From Pirellulales bacterium (GTDB lineage: Bacteria > Planctomycetota > Planctomycetia > Pirellulales > PALSA-1355): a stretch of DNA of 64,000 nt. The stretch is from NCBI GenBank assembly GCA_035496575.1, contig DATJEN010000143.1:19120-83119 (forward strand). Reading direction: 5' to 3'. Position numbers and translations under genes: made by a program. This document shows, piece after piece, positions 40,397 through 48,917 of this stretch. How positions within the stretch are numbered: the stretch's first letter is position 1; each line of letters starts with the position of its first letter. A model generated the notes under the pieces. That model was not told the origin of the DNA and did no database searches. It worked only from the letters and a program-made list of their open reading frames with translations.

Positions 40397-43300
40397 CTAC
40401 CGCGGCAATTTCTGCCTGATCAGCTCCACGTGTTCGAGATTGCTGCCGTAAAGCAAGGGCTCGGTCACGTCCGAGGTGACGCTCAGCTTGAAGAAGCCGC
40501 TGTGGTCCGAAAACGCGTCGAGCAACCATGGGCCCGGCGGGACACCCCGTCCGTTAAGAGTCACCGTGACCGAATCCCCCGCCCGCAGATATCGCGACAG
40601 AACAGGGCGCTTGTCGGCCCCGACGATTTGGATGTGAGATCCGTCGGAGCGCCCCATGGCGGTGAAGGTGAGTTGAATGCGCCCGCGAGTCAGGGGCACC
40701 AGGAAACCGCGGGTCACCTTGGACAATAGCCAGCTTGGCTCCGACCAGTCCGGCAGCTTCGAATTACGCAGCACCTGGCATTCCGGCAACTTCGAAATAG
40801 GCTGAAAAACTCCGATCTCGTCGCTGGCCAGCCGTAGCGTCATCACGCCGGGCTGCGTCGGTTTGGCGTTATATTCCTCGCGGGCCACGTACCAGGTACT
40901 AGGCCGCGTGTAGTGAATCACCTTAGGGGTCGCTGCCGACATGGGCAGCCGCGGCACGCTAAGCAACTCTTGACCAGCGGGCGAAAGTAGCTCGAGTGCC
41001 GTCGCACGAATGTCACCACCGCTAAGCGTGGCGGCATCGATTCCGAGCTGGACGCTCGATGTTCCTTCGTTCCAGATGAGCACCTTCGTGCCGCGTGCTG
41101 CCAGATCGTTGTGATTGTCCCACCGCGAGACCCCGCAAAAATATTGCCCGCCCTCTTCCGGCGGTGGCAATGACGTGATGTGTGCCTCTTCGAGTGCCGC
41201 GCGAAAACGATGCCACTGCAGCATGAAGTGCCCATCCCGATCGGGGCCCGGGCCGAATCCGTATAGGTTCCAACGCTTGTCGGGCGCGGGGTCATAAAAC
41301 ACCTCGCGCGCCGCTCGAGCAAGCGTGCCGGCATGACGGCGCAAATATTTTTCGTCTTTCGTGATGCGATACGCGGTCGCACTCAGCGCCAGCGACCAGA
41401 TGCCTTCCGTGCCCGTTCCGATGCCCTCGGCGCTTGCGACCACGTACTTGTTGAAAGCTTCGTCGGTCGGAAACAGTTCGTGGTAGCGCGAGAGCCAGGT
41501 CGGCTCCCACAGCGGGCCAGGCCGCTGCTCCATCAGCGGAATGCTCATCAGCCCGCGGCCCATCCCGCGAATGGCGGTTAACGTTTCGGGCTTGGGCTGG
41601 TATTCGTAAGCCGTGATTGCGTGCACGAGCGTGGTGTTGATCTCGCGCCGCGACCCCTCGGTGGGGAACTTGACGTTGGCAAGCCACAGCTCGTACCCGT
41701 CCTTGGCCCAACGGTCGGCATCGACCAGCCAGGCCATGAGGAGCGCCGACGGATCCGGCCAGTGCCCGGTGAGCCCCGAGTCGGTGTCGTTGGAATCCAT
41801 TCCGAAATCGCGCCCGCCCCACGGCACGAACGCCTTGCAATGCCAGAAGGCGCCCGGGTTGTGATACTTTACGCCTGGCCCGGATTGGTGCTGGCCCTTG
41901 CCATCGGCGTGGCCTCGCAGCGCGTCGTAGCGCACCTGGCCGATGCTCGCGTAGTTGTCCGTGGCGATGCGGGCCCAATTGAGCAAGTGCCGGTCGCCGT
42001 GCAGCAAAAACAACTGCCACGACGTGCTAATGTGCTGGTAGTGGTTGTTGCTCCACACGCGGTGCAGCGAGGGGCGTCCGCCCGGCACGCCGGCCGCGGC
42101 CGGGTTCATCAACTCTTCGTGGTGCGCGTTGCCGTAAATCGACCAGCCATAGTCGCCGTAGCGTTCAATCGAGCGGGCATAGCCGAGCATCCCGTCGTGA
42201 ACGGCTCGCTCGACGTCGGCGAAGGATTCTCCAGCAGCGGCCAGCGGCCCCAAGGCGCCCGACTCGGCCATCCGCGCCGGGCTGGCCCGCGCGATGGGGC
42301 TTTCCGCATACAGCCGCTCGTAGGCGGCGATCTCTTTTTGCGCGGCCGCTCCACGCTTGTCTTGCGGAAGCACAAGCAAGGCAAACTCGTTGTGCATGGC
42401 GACCCCTTCCAGGTTCGCCGCGCGCGCATATTCGGCCTTGCATTCCTGCGTGTCGGTTTGTTTCTGCAAGGCCGTGAAGTACGAGCTCGGCAAGCGCGAA
42501 TCGAGAAGCTTGCCGGTCAAAAAACACTCGAACTTATAGATATTTTCCAGCTTTAGCGCCTCCGAGCCGGGCTCAGCATGATCGCCGTGCCGCGGCCAGG
42601 CGAAGTAGCTCAACTCGTTGCTTCCGACTTTGACCTCTTTGGGGCACTTCTGCCAAATGTCTTTGGTCAAGAGCGCAAGACTCGGACCGGCCCGCTCGGC
42701 CAGGAACCAACCGCTCGAGTATCGATGCGCTGCAATCTGCTTAAGCGCGCCATTTTCCGCCTCCGACAAAACGAGGGCTTCTTGGGCAGAGAGTTGTGCA
42801 AACCACGCGGCCGTTCCCTCTGAAAGCTTGTCCGACACTGCTTCCCCTTCGCCGCGCTTGTTGACTAGCGCACTTGCATACCCGGTAACCTCGGGCACGG
42901 AGAACTTGAATCCCAGCTCGGCGACGGCGTGTTCGCGCATGTCGTCGGCGAAAATCGTGGCGTGATCGATCTTCAAGAGCGGCGAATCGGCGAAGGCCGA
43001 AATGCGCGTGACATAGCGACAAAAGGGAGCAACGCGCTTCTCGGCGGTTTGATACCAGCCGCTCGCGCGAATAGTGACCTGACACGGACCCTGCTGTTCG
43101 ATCACCACTTCGGCCTGATCGTCGTCAGCCGCTTGCCACAAGATTCCGCGTTCGTCGATTAGCTCTGGGCCGCCGGCCGCGTCGAGCACTTTCTGGCCGT
43201 CGCGCTCCAGCTCGACAATCCCGGCGAAGGGGCGAGCTACCCGAAAGCGCAAGACGCCGGTATCGACGCTAATCGCCTGCGGCGCGTCCTCAACTCGAAG

Positions 43301-43621
43301 GGGCGATGTGAGCGGCTGGGCAGCGCCCGCCGCGACTTTCGAAAGTTGATATCGGGCCGGTTTTCCACCCGAGTATTGATAGGCGGCATAGACATGCACC
43401 CACTTGGCCGAGTCATCCGGCCAGCGAGCGACGACTTCCACCTGCGCTCGGACGGGCTTGTCGTTTTCCAGAAGCACGAGGGCGTCGGCTGCCGTGGCCC
43501 AGCCCCGGGGGAGCGCTGCGGTGGCGTGCGTCGGCCACGACACGTCAGCCAGGTGCTGCTGAGGGTACAGAAAGAGCGGGACGTTCCCCAGCAGGAATGC
43601 AGCTAAAACGGCCGACGGCAT
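40397..43621 (-). CDS. Large (1074 aa) secreted hypothetical protein
   Basis: Uninterrupted ORF with N-terminal signal-like MPSAVLAAFLLGNVPLFLY. It is rich in W/H/Y, for example HRVWSNNHYQHISTSWQLFLLHGDRHLLNWARIATDNYASIG. A glycan-active enzyme is possible but unproven. Confidence 0.7.
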   Translation of the reverse strand: MPSAVLAAFLLGNVPLFLYPQQHLADVSWPTHATAALPRGWATAADALVLLENDKPVRAQVEVVARWPDDSAKWVHVYAAYQYSGGKPARYQLSKVAAGAAQPLTSPLRVEDAPQAISVDTGVLRFRVARPFAGIVELERDGQKVLDAAGGPELIDERGILWQAADDDQAEVVIEQQGPCQVTIRASGWYQTAEKRVAPFCRYVTRISAFADSPLLKIDHATIFADDMREHAVAELGFKFSVPEVTGYASALVNKRGEGEAVSDKLSEGTAAWFAQLSAQEALVLSEAENGALKQIAAHRYSSGWFLAERAGPSLALLTKDIWQKCPKEVKVGSNELSYFAWPRHGDHAEPGSEALKLENIYKFECFLTGKLLDSRLPSSYFTALQKQTDTQECKAEYARAANLEGVAMHNEFALLVLPQDKRGAAAQKEIAAYERLYAESPIARASPARMAESGALGPLAAAGESFADVERAVHDGMLGYARSIERYGDYGWSIYGNAHHEELMNPAAAGVPGGRPSLHRVWSNNHYQHISTSWQLFLLHGDRHLLNWARIATDNYASIGQVRYDALRGHADGKGQHQSGPGVKYHNPGAFWHCKAFVPWGGRDFGMDSNDTDSGLTGHWPDPSALLMAWLVDADRWAKDGYELWLANVKFPTEGSRREINTTLVHAITAYEYQPKPETLTAIRGMGRGLMSIPLMEQRPGPLWEPTWLSRYHELFPTDEAFNKYVVASAEGIGTGTEGIWSLALSATAYRITKDEKYLRRHAGTLARAAREVFYDPAPDKRWNLYGFGPGPDRDGHFMLQWHRFRAALEEAHITSLPPPEEGGQYFCGVSRWDNHNDLAARGTKVLIWNEGTSSVQLGIDAATLSGGDIRATALELLSPAGQELLSVPRLPMSAATPKVIHYTRPSTWYVAREEYNAKPTQPGVMTLRLASDEIGVFQPISKLPECQVLRNSKLPDWSEPSWLLSKVTRGFLVPLTRGRIQLTFTAMGRSDGSHIQIVGADKRPVLSRYLRAGDSVTVTLNGRGVPPGPWLLDAFSDHSGFFKLSVTSDVTEPLLYGSNLEHVELIRQKLPR

Positions 43622-43742
43622 TCAAATCTTTCGGCAAGCGACGCGGTGATAAACCCGCAGTTCATTCTGCGCTGCGGGCGTGCCCCGGTCCAAGTGCTCC
43701 CTGGCAGATTGCGCCGGAACGCGGTTTGCATGAGCCAGGTAC

Positions 43743-44924
43743 GTGAAGTTCACGTCTTTTGTGCCGAGTCCCGCCGTGGCGACCACCCACCGAAGCTTCA
43801 AACGATCTTCCCACGCGCGCTCCTTAGCGGAACCAACCCGCGGCGAGCCGCTGACCTCCAGGCTTGAGCTGGCGCCTGAGCTGGCCCACGAGGCTGGGCT
43901 AGTGTATTCGACGGATGACAGTCCCGGCTATCGGCGGGTCAAGCGCGGCCAAGGATTTGTCTACCTCGATGCCCACAAGCGGCAGATCAAGGATCTGGAA
44001 GTACTCCAGCGGATTCACATGCTGTGGATTCCGCCGGCCTGGACGGATGTGTGGATTTGCGCTTCGAAGCGCGGCCACTTGCAAGCGACCGGTCGCGACG
44101 CGCGGGGTCGCAAGCAATATCGCTACCATCCTGAATGGGATTGCGCCCGCGACAGCCTTAAATACGACCGCATGATCGCGTTTGCCAAAAGTCTGCCGCG
44201 CATCCGGCGGCGTCTCGCTCGGGATCTCAAGAAACCCGGCCTGCGGCGCGAGAAGGTTCTGGCGGCAATGCTGCGGCTCATGGACCGCACCGCCATCCGT
44301 GTCGGCAACGAAGAATACGTCCGCGCGAACCACTCCTATGGACTGACAACCCTGCAAGATCGCCACGCCAAAATCGAAGGCGGCGAAATCAAACTGAGCT
44401 TCCGCGGAAAAAGCGGCAAGACGCAACACATCGAGCTCAACGATGCCAGGCTGGCCAAGATCGTTCGCGAGTGCCAAGAGCTGCCCGGACAAGAGCTGTT
44501 TCAATACCTTGCCGAGCAAGGCGACGTGTGCGACGTCACCTCGCGGGACGTGAACGAGTATTTGCGCGCGGCCGGCGGGTATGATTTCACGGCTAAAGAT
44601 TTCCGCACTTGGGTCGGGACCACGATCGCGGTCGAGGCACTCATGGAGCGCTTGGATTCGCCGACGAAGACTTCGTCCAAGCGCAATGTGAATGCTGCGC
44701 TCGACTGCGTGGCCGCTCAACTGGGCAACACCCGCGCGGTGTGCCGCAAAAGCTACGTGCACCCCGGCGTCATCGAAGCCTACTTGCTGGGCCGATTCGA
44801 GCGCTCGAGCGACCGCCCCAAAGGATATACGGGCTTAAGCGCGATCGAAGTCACGGTGTTGGTGATGCTCGAGCGCCTCGCCCAAGCGAGCAAGCCCAAG
44901 AAGGCGCGGAAACTAGCGTCCTGA
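43743..44924 (+). CDS. DNA topoisomerase IB (poxvirus-type)
   Basis: …STDDSPGYRRVKRGQGFVYLD…WIPPAWTDVWIC…GHLQATGRDARGRKQYRYHPEW…KDFRTWVGT…, with the catalytic-Tyr region AVCRKSYVHP. The start (GTG 43743) is uncertain. Confidence 0.85.
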   Translation: MKFTSFVPSPAVATTHRSFKRSSHARSLAEPTRGEPLTSRLELAPELAHEAGLVYSTDDSPGYRRVKRGQGFVYLDAHKRQIKDLEVLQRIHMLWIPPAWTDVWICASKRGHLQATGRDARGRKQYRYHPEWDCARDSLKYDRMIAFAKSLPRIRRRLARDLKKPGLRREKVLAAMLRLMDRTAIRVGNEEYVRANHSYGLTTLQDRHAKIEGGEIKLSFRGKSGKTQHIELNDARLAKIVRECQELPGQELFQYLAEQGDVCDVTSRDVNEYLRAAGGYDFTAKDFRTWVGTTIAVEALMERLDSPTKTSSKRNVNAALDCVAAQLGNTRAVCRKSYVHPGVIEAYLLGRFERSSDRPKGYTGLSAIEVTVLVMLERLAQASKPKKARKLAS

Positions 44925-45101
44925 AAGGACTGCGGGCCTTTCGGTTCACGCGGCCCCGATTTCCGAACGCTCATCGCGGCACAAAGGACAAAAAAACGCT
45001 CCGGAGCCCCGAGCCGTCACTTTGAGCCAATAGGCCCTGAGAACGACCGGGGAGCTTTTGGAGCGATTGCCGCCGCGCTTGGCTCTGGGATTTGAAAGAG
45101 G

Positions 45102-45608
45102 TTATTCTTTGTTCGCCCGGCTCGCGGCCTCGACGTTAATCTCGCTTTCGGCGAGCTCGGTCAATTTCTCGTCGGCGTCGCCTTCTTCGTCGAGCGTTTT
45201 TTGCAGCGTCTCGGCCATCTCATCATGGCCCAGCAGACGGGCAAAGGTGCGGGCCGACCCATATCCGGCCATTTCATAATGTTCCACGCGCTGCGCCGCG
45301 GAAATGATACCGGCATCCATCACGGCCGGCGCGCCTTCTTGCTCGAGCAGTTCTTCGCCTTCGGCGATGAGCCCCTCCATGGCTTCACACTTTGGCCCGC
45401 GGGAGCTGATGCCGAGCTGATCGAAGATTTGCTCGAGCCGAACCGCCTGTTCCTTGGTGACCTCCAGGTGTTCCTGCAATGCTTCGCGCAAGGCTTCGGA
45501 GTTCGCGGCTTTTGCCATTTTGGGCAAGGCGCGAATGAGTTGTTTTTCGGCGCTATACAGATCGCGCAGTTCTTTGACCAGCAGATCTTCCAGGGTTTGC
45601 AGTTTCAC
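45102..45608 (-). CDS. Ferritin-like DUF892 (YciE/YciF family) protein
   Basis: MKLQTLEDLLVKELRDLYSAEKQLIRALPKMAKAANSEALREALQEHLEVTKEQAVRLEQIF…. Confidence 0.88.
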   Translation of the reverse strand: MKLQTLEDLLVKELRDLYSAEKQLIRALPKMAKAANSEALREALQEHLEVTKEQAVRLEQIFDQLGISSRGPKCEAMEGLIAEGEELLEQEGAPAVMDAGIISAAQRVEHYEMAGYGSARTFARLLGHDEMAETLQKTLDEEGDADEKLTELAESEINVEAASRANKE

Positions 45609-45852
45609 GGTCGGCAGCTCCTTTTGCGAAAGTGATCAGCGACATCCGGCCGCGTTTTCAATGCACGCGAGGCGGACGATGAGTTTTCGCAGCAAACGTT
45701 GCAAAGCGTATGCCAGCATGTGAGGGGCGGCTTGTTCGCGCGCTTGGTGCGTGAAGTTTGCAATTCGGTCGCAGAATCTCAGGCTGCCGCTATGGCGGAC
45801 TTGCAATCACGAAGCGCGAGCGACGACCAAAGATGTAAGCCCGCGCGCGGAA

Positions 45853-45884
45853 GAACGAGGGCCGGCGTTAACCAACCCTCGTTC
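45853..45884 (-). terminator. 9-bp perfect hairpin downstream of the Gly/Cys-rich gene
   Basis: GAACGAGGG-14 nt-CCCTCGTTC, about 30 nt after the stop at 45916. On the minus strand only TTC follows, so the U-tract is weak. Confidence 0.4.
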
Positions 45885-45915
45885 ATCGCTGCGCTTCTAT
45901 CAGTTGTCCGAGCCG

Positions 45916-46371
45916 TTAACGACGGAACCAACCGCGACGGCCGGTCCGGGTCACGTAATACGTGCCGTTGTTAACCGGCTGAGCGGCAGTCACGGCGGGC
46001 GCCGCGCTGGGAGCGCTCGCGGACGGCGCCGGAGGAGCCTGGTTCGGCGCCGGAGCATTGCCCGCCGGTGGTGCAGGCGGAGCCGGCGCTTGATTCGGAT
46101 TTTGATATTGCTGCGGCTGCTGTTGATAGTTGCCGCTTCCGTCGCCATAGCTCTGGGCGCCGGTGGTGCAATCGCCACAGCCGCCGCCACCGCAGCCGCC
46201 GCTGGCATACCCGCCACACCCGCCGCCGCCGCAGCCGCTAGAATATCCGCCACATCCGCCGCCGCACCCGCCGCGACGGTGATGGCGACCGGCAAACGAT
46301 GTGCTTTCACTCACGCACCATGCGGCCAATGCCAGTACCATCACTCCCATGCCGAATTTTCGTGTCATCAC
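45916..46371 (-). CDS. Secreted Gly/Cys-repeat, Gln/Pro-rich small protein
   Basis: Signal peptide MMTRKFGMGVMVLALAAWC. Then RRGGCGGGCGGYSSGCGGGGCGGYASGGCGGGGCGDC, a Q/P/N-rich segment, and a basic tail. GGAGG lies 5-8 nt upstream of the GTG/ATG start. Confidence 0.7.
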   Translation of the reverse strand: MMTRKFGMGVMVLALAAWCVSESTSFAGRHHRRGGCGGGCGGYSSGCGGGGCGGYASGGCGGGGCGDCTTGAQSYGDGSGNYQQQPQQYQNPNQAPAPPAPPAGNAPAPNQAPPAPSASAPSAAPAVTAAQPVNNGTYYVTRTGRRGWFRR

Positions 46372-46458
46372 TTGGTCCTCCGGAGATAAAGGCGAACTGC
46401 CCTCCTGACGTCAGGCAGGGTCGGCTCTCTCCCGGATGCCCGGAAGGAGCATTGCTTC

Positions 46459-46538
46459 AAAAAAACCATGACTCACGGCGGAATCGCGAGGGGCGACTTC
46501 TCGCCCAGCGAACGCGATAGGCCCGCCGCGAGTCATGG
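46459..46538 (-). other. 73-nt compound hairpin followed by T7 on the minus strand (terminator/attenuator-like) in the leader of the Gly/Cys-rich gene
   Basis: The outer 16-bp arms are CCATGACTCACGGCGG / CCGCCGCGAGTCATGG (1 mismatch). They enclose ATCGCG/CGCGAT and GGGCGA-cttc-TCGCCC. On the minus strand the structure is followed by TTTTTTT, about 90 nt upstream of the start codon at 46371. Confidence 0.45.
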
Positions 46539-46842
46539 CCGCGTTCCATCGTTGCGACGGGCTGAATGCAGTTTGCGTGCCCGGGGGGTGCAATGATGCC
46601 ACCTAGGCACAATTTCCGGCCCCGCAAAAAAAGGCGGAGGCGCGCACCACCTGAATGGCTAGGCAATTACGACCGCTGAAAAAATTCCTCTGGAATTCAG
46701 GGCATCCGATTTGCTCGAATGCCCGACGCTGGCTGCGGGCTTTCAGTCGAGCGCGCACCTACAGCGCCGCCTCGCCAAACTGTTCAGTTGCTGACCACGG
46801 TGCATAAGCACATAGGTTAATTACGCAAAAAGGGGAAACAGC

Positions 46843-47595
46843 ATGAGCATAGGACAAGCTTGTTCGATGGTTTCCGACAGAATCCCGCGCGAGGCGCATC
46901 GGGCGGCCACGCCTATCAATGTCGGCCCAATCGAACGAATGATTTCGGCCTTCGGAGGCGCCGGACTCGTGGCGTACGGGCTCTCGCGCGGTAGCCTGAC
47001 CGGGCTGGGCCTCGCCGCCGTGGGTGGCGGCTTGCTTTATCGCGGCTTCAGCGGCCATTGCATGGCCTACCAGGCGCTCGGGGTGAACACGGCGGAGCAC
47101 GGAGAAAAAGAGCGCAGCGTGATTCATAACGGCGTGAAAGTCGACCGCTCGATCGTGGTCTACCGCCCGGCCGACGATCTCTACCGTCTGTGGCGTGATC
47201 TGGAACGCCTGCCGACGTTCATGCGACATTTGCAATCGGTCGACGAGCTTGATCAGCGTCGCTCGCGTTGGGTGGCATCGGGACCGATGGGCATGCGTGT
47301 CGAGTGGGATGCCGAAGTGTTCAATGAGCGTGACGGCGAGTTGATCGCGTGGCGATCGCTCCCAGGTTCGGACATTGCCACGGCTGGAAGCGTGCGCTTT
47401 GAGCAGGTGCCGGGCGGCACGCGGATTCGCGTGCAATTGAGCTACGAGGTGCTGGGCAGCCGCGCTGCGACTACGATTGCCTCGATGTTCGGAGAATCAC
47501 CCGAAACGCAAGTCGAAGAAGACTTGCGCCGGTTCCAGGACTATGCCGAATCGCCTGCCTTCTCGGAATCCTATCGGCCGAAGCTGGCCAGGTAG
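46843..47595 (+). CDS. DUF2892 (YgaP-like membrane) plus SRPBCC (cyclase/dehydrase) fusion protein
   Basis: The N-terminus …ERMISAFGGAGLVAYGLSRGSLTGLGLAAVGGGLLYRGFSGHCMAYQALG is DUF2892-like. It is followed by VKVDRSIVVYRPADDLYRLWRDLERLPTFMRHL…AGSVRFEQVPGGTRI…, which is SRPBCC-like. Confidence 0.8.
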   Translation: MSIGQACSMVSDRIPREAHRAATPINVGPIERMISAFGGAGLVAYGLSRGSLTGLGLAAVGGGLLYRGFSGHCMAYQALGVNTAEHGEKERSVIHNGVKVDRSIVVYRPADDLYRLWRDLERLPTFMRHLQSVDELDQRRSRWVASGPMGMRVEWDAEVFNERDGELIAWRSLPGSDIATAGSVRFEQVPGGTRIRVQLSYEVLGSRAATTIASMFGESPETQVEEDLRRFQDYAESPAFSESYRPKLAR

Positions 47596-47667
47596 CGCCT
47601 CCGAGGTTGATCGGCTCACTGCCAATTCTCGCGCTCTCCGCATGCGAGCCGTTTTGAAGGCAGCGTT

Positions 47668-48786
47668 TCAGCGATACACGTGTTGGTCGCGCAGCAAACA
47701 GAAAAGTCGCCAGGGGGTTCGGGTGGCGTCTCGTAAAGCCGTCTCGCGGACCAGGTGTCGCGTAGACCGCCATAGCCGTCGCATACTGTGCGCGCCCGGA
47801 ACCCTATCCACGGCTCCCTCCGATACGGGAACCGTGCCGGTCATGAGGCTTTGCTTGAATCGCTCTGGGCCCGTGCCCAGGTCGATTCGTGTGACACCCA
47901 AACTCGGTGCAGCCTCAATGAGCTTCAGCAGCACCTGATAGCCCGGAGAATATCGCGCGAACGCCGGGTTGTAAGCCGTCGCCCAAAGGTGCAGCACGCC
48001 ATTTGATCGCATGCAATAGGTGGCTGCCAACAGCTCGTCGCCAACCCGTAATGCAGACACCATGCCGCACAATGCCTTGTCGCTGAACTCGATCAGGCGT
48101 CGAAATAATCGGTCGATCCACGAAATCGAAAAGTAGTCGATCACCAGGGTCCGGTGGCACTGTGTGCTCTTCCACGCCATCAACGATTTGAGCACGAACG
48201 GATCGGATGTATTGATTTCAAAATGCGCGCACCCGACTTCGCGTTCGAGCTTGCGCAGCTTTTGAAAGGATTGCTTGATGGCCTTTACGCCGGCGTCGTT
48301 TCGACTGGCGCAATATGATGCGAAGCCGGCCGACGTGTCAATGTACGGCGAATTTCGCACCGTCCATTCGTAAGGCTCAAAAGCGGACGCACGACGAGCA
48401 AGGTGATTGAAGTGCCACGCCGTCAGACCACAGCTCCGTAGCAGCCGCCGAGGGTCGACGGCGTATCCGGGTCGAATGATCATGCCGTGAAAATCGGACA
48501 TGCCGCACCCGACAGGATATCCCACGTGTCCCCAGCGTCGCTCGAAAGGAAAAAACGCGACTTCCCGGCCGTCCTCTTCGACAAACGCAACTTCGACGCC
48601 GCCGCGAATCTGGTCGACAACACGGGCGAATTCCGCTCGAAAAAAAGGACTGTCCAGACCGCCGTCGGCGGATTGGATCTTATTCCATGTGGATAACTGA
48701 TCGGCCGTAAGCTCCCTGAATGGGACGACCTCAATTCTCCCCGATCCCTGATTAATTCGAGAGTTGTGACTCAGAGTTGTCTTCAT
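47668..48786 (-). CDS. CelD/BcsL-like GNAT-fold acyltransferase (FemAB-like)
   Basis: 372 aa. …FRELTADQLSTWNKIQSADGGLDSPFFRAEFARVV…VAFFPFERR… shows the layout typical of CelD-type proteins in polysaccharide loci. Confidence 0.7.
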   Translation of the reverse strand: MKTTLSHNSRINQGSGRIEVVPFRELTADQLSTWNKIQSADGGLDSPFFRAEFARVVDQIRGGVEVAFVEEDGREVAFFPFERRWGHVGYPVGCGMSDFHGMIIRPGYAVDPRRLLRSCGLTAWHFNHLARRASAFEPYEWTVRNSPYIDTSAGFASYCASRNDAGVKAIKQSFQKLRKLEREVGCAHFEINTSDPFVLKSLMAWKSTQCHRTLVIDYFSISWIDRLFRRLIEFSDKALCGMVSALRVGDELLAATYCMRSNGVLHLWATAYNPAFARYSPGYQVLLKLIEAAPSLGVTRIDLGTGPERFKQSLMTGTVPVSEGAVDRVPGAHSMRRLWRSTRHLVRETALRDATRTPWRLFCLLRDQHVYR

Positions 48787-48917
48787 GAAATAAACGCACT
48801 TCGCCTGTTACCGCAAAAACAACCGAGACGACTTACGGGACTGAACAAATAGCCCAAGTAGCGAGGTGCGCTGGGTGCGACTCGGGAATCGCGACCCAGC
48901 ACCCCTCATGTCCACTG

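Noticed and set aside
43716-43730. A second sigma-54-like motif, CGGAACGCGGTTTGCAT, upstream of the topoisomerase IB gene.
   Set aside because: The -24 element is GGAAC rather than GGCAC. The motif would place the TSS essentially on the predicted start codon. It is too weak to call.
45751-46389. Alternative readings of the Gly/Cys-rich locus: a plus-strand 212-aa ORF and minus-strand ORFs at 45971-46219 and 45990-46310.
   Set aside because: Only the 45916-46371 minus frame has a signal peptide, a Shine-Dalgarno-like GGAGG and a downstream hairpin. The others are Ala/Arg-rich repeat artefacts of the same triplet repeats.
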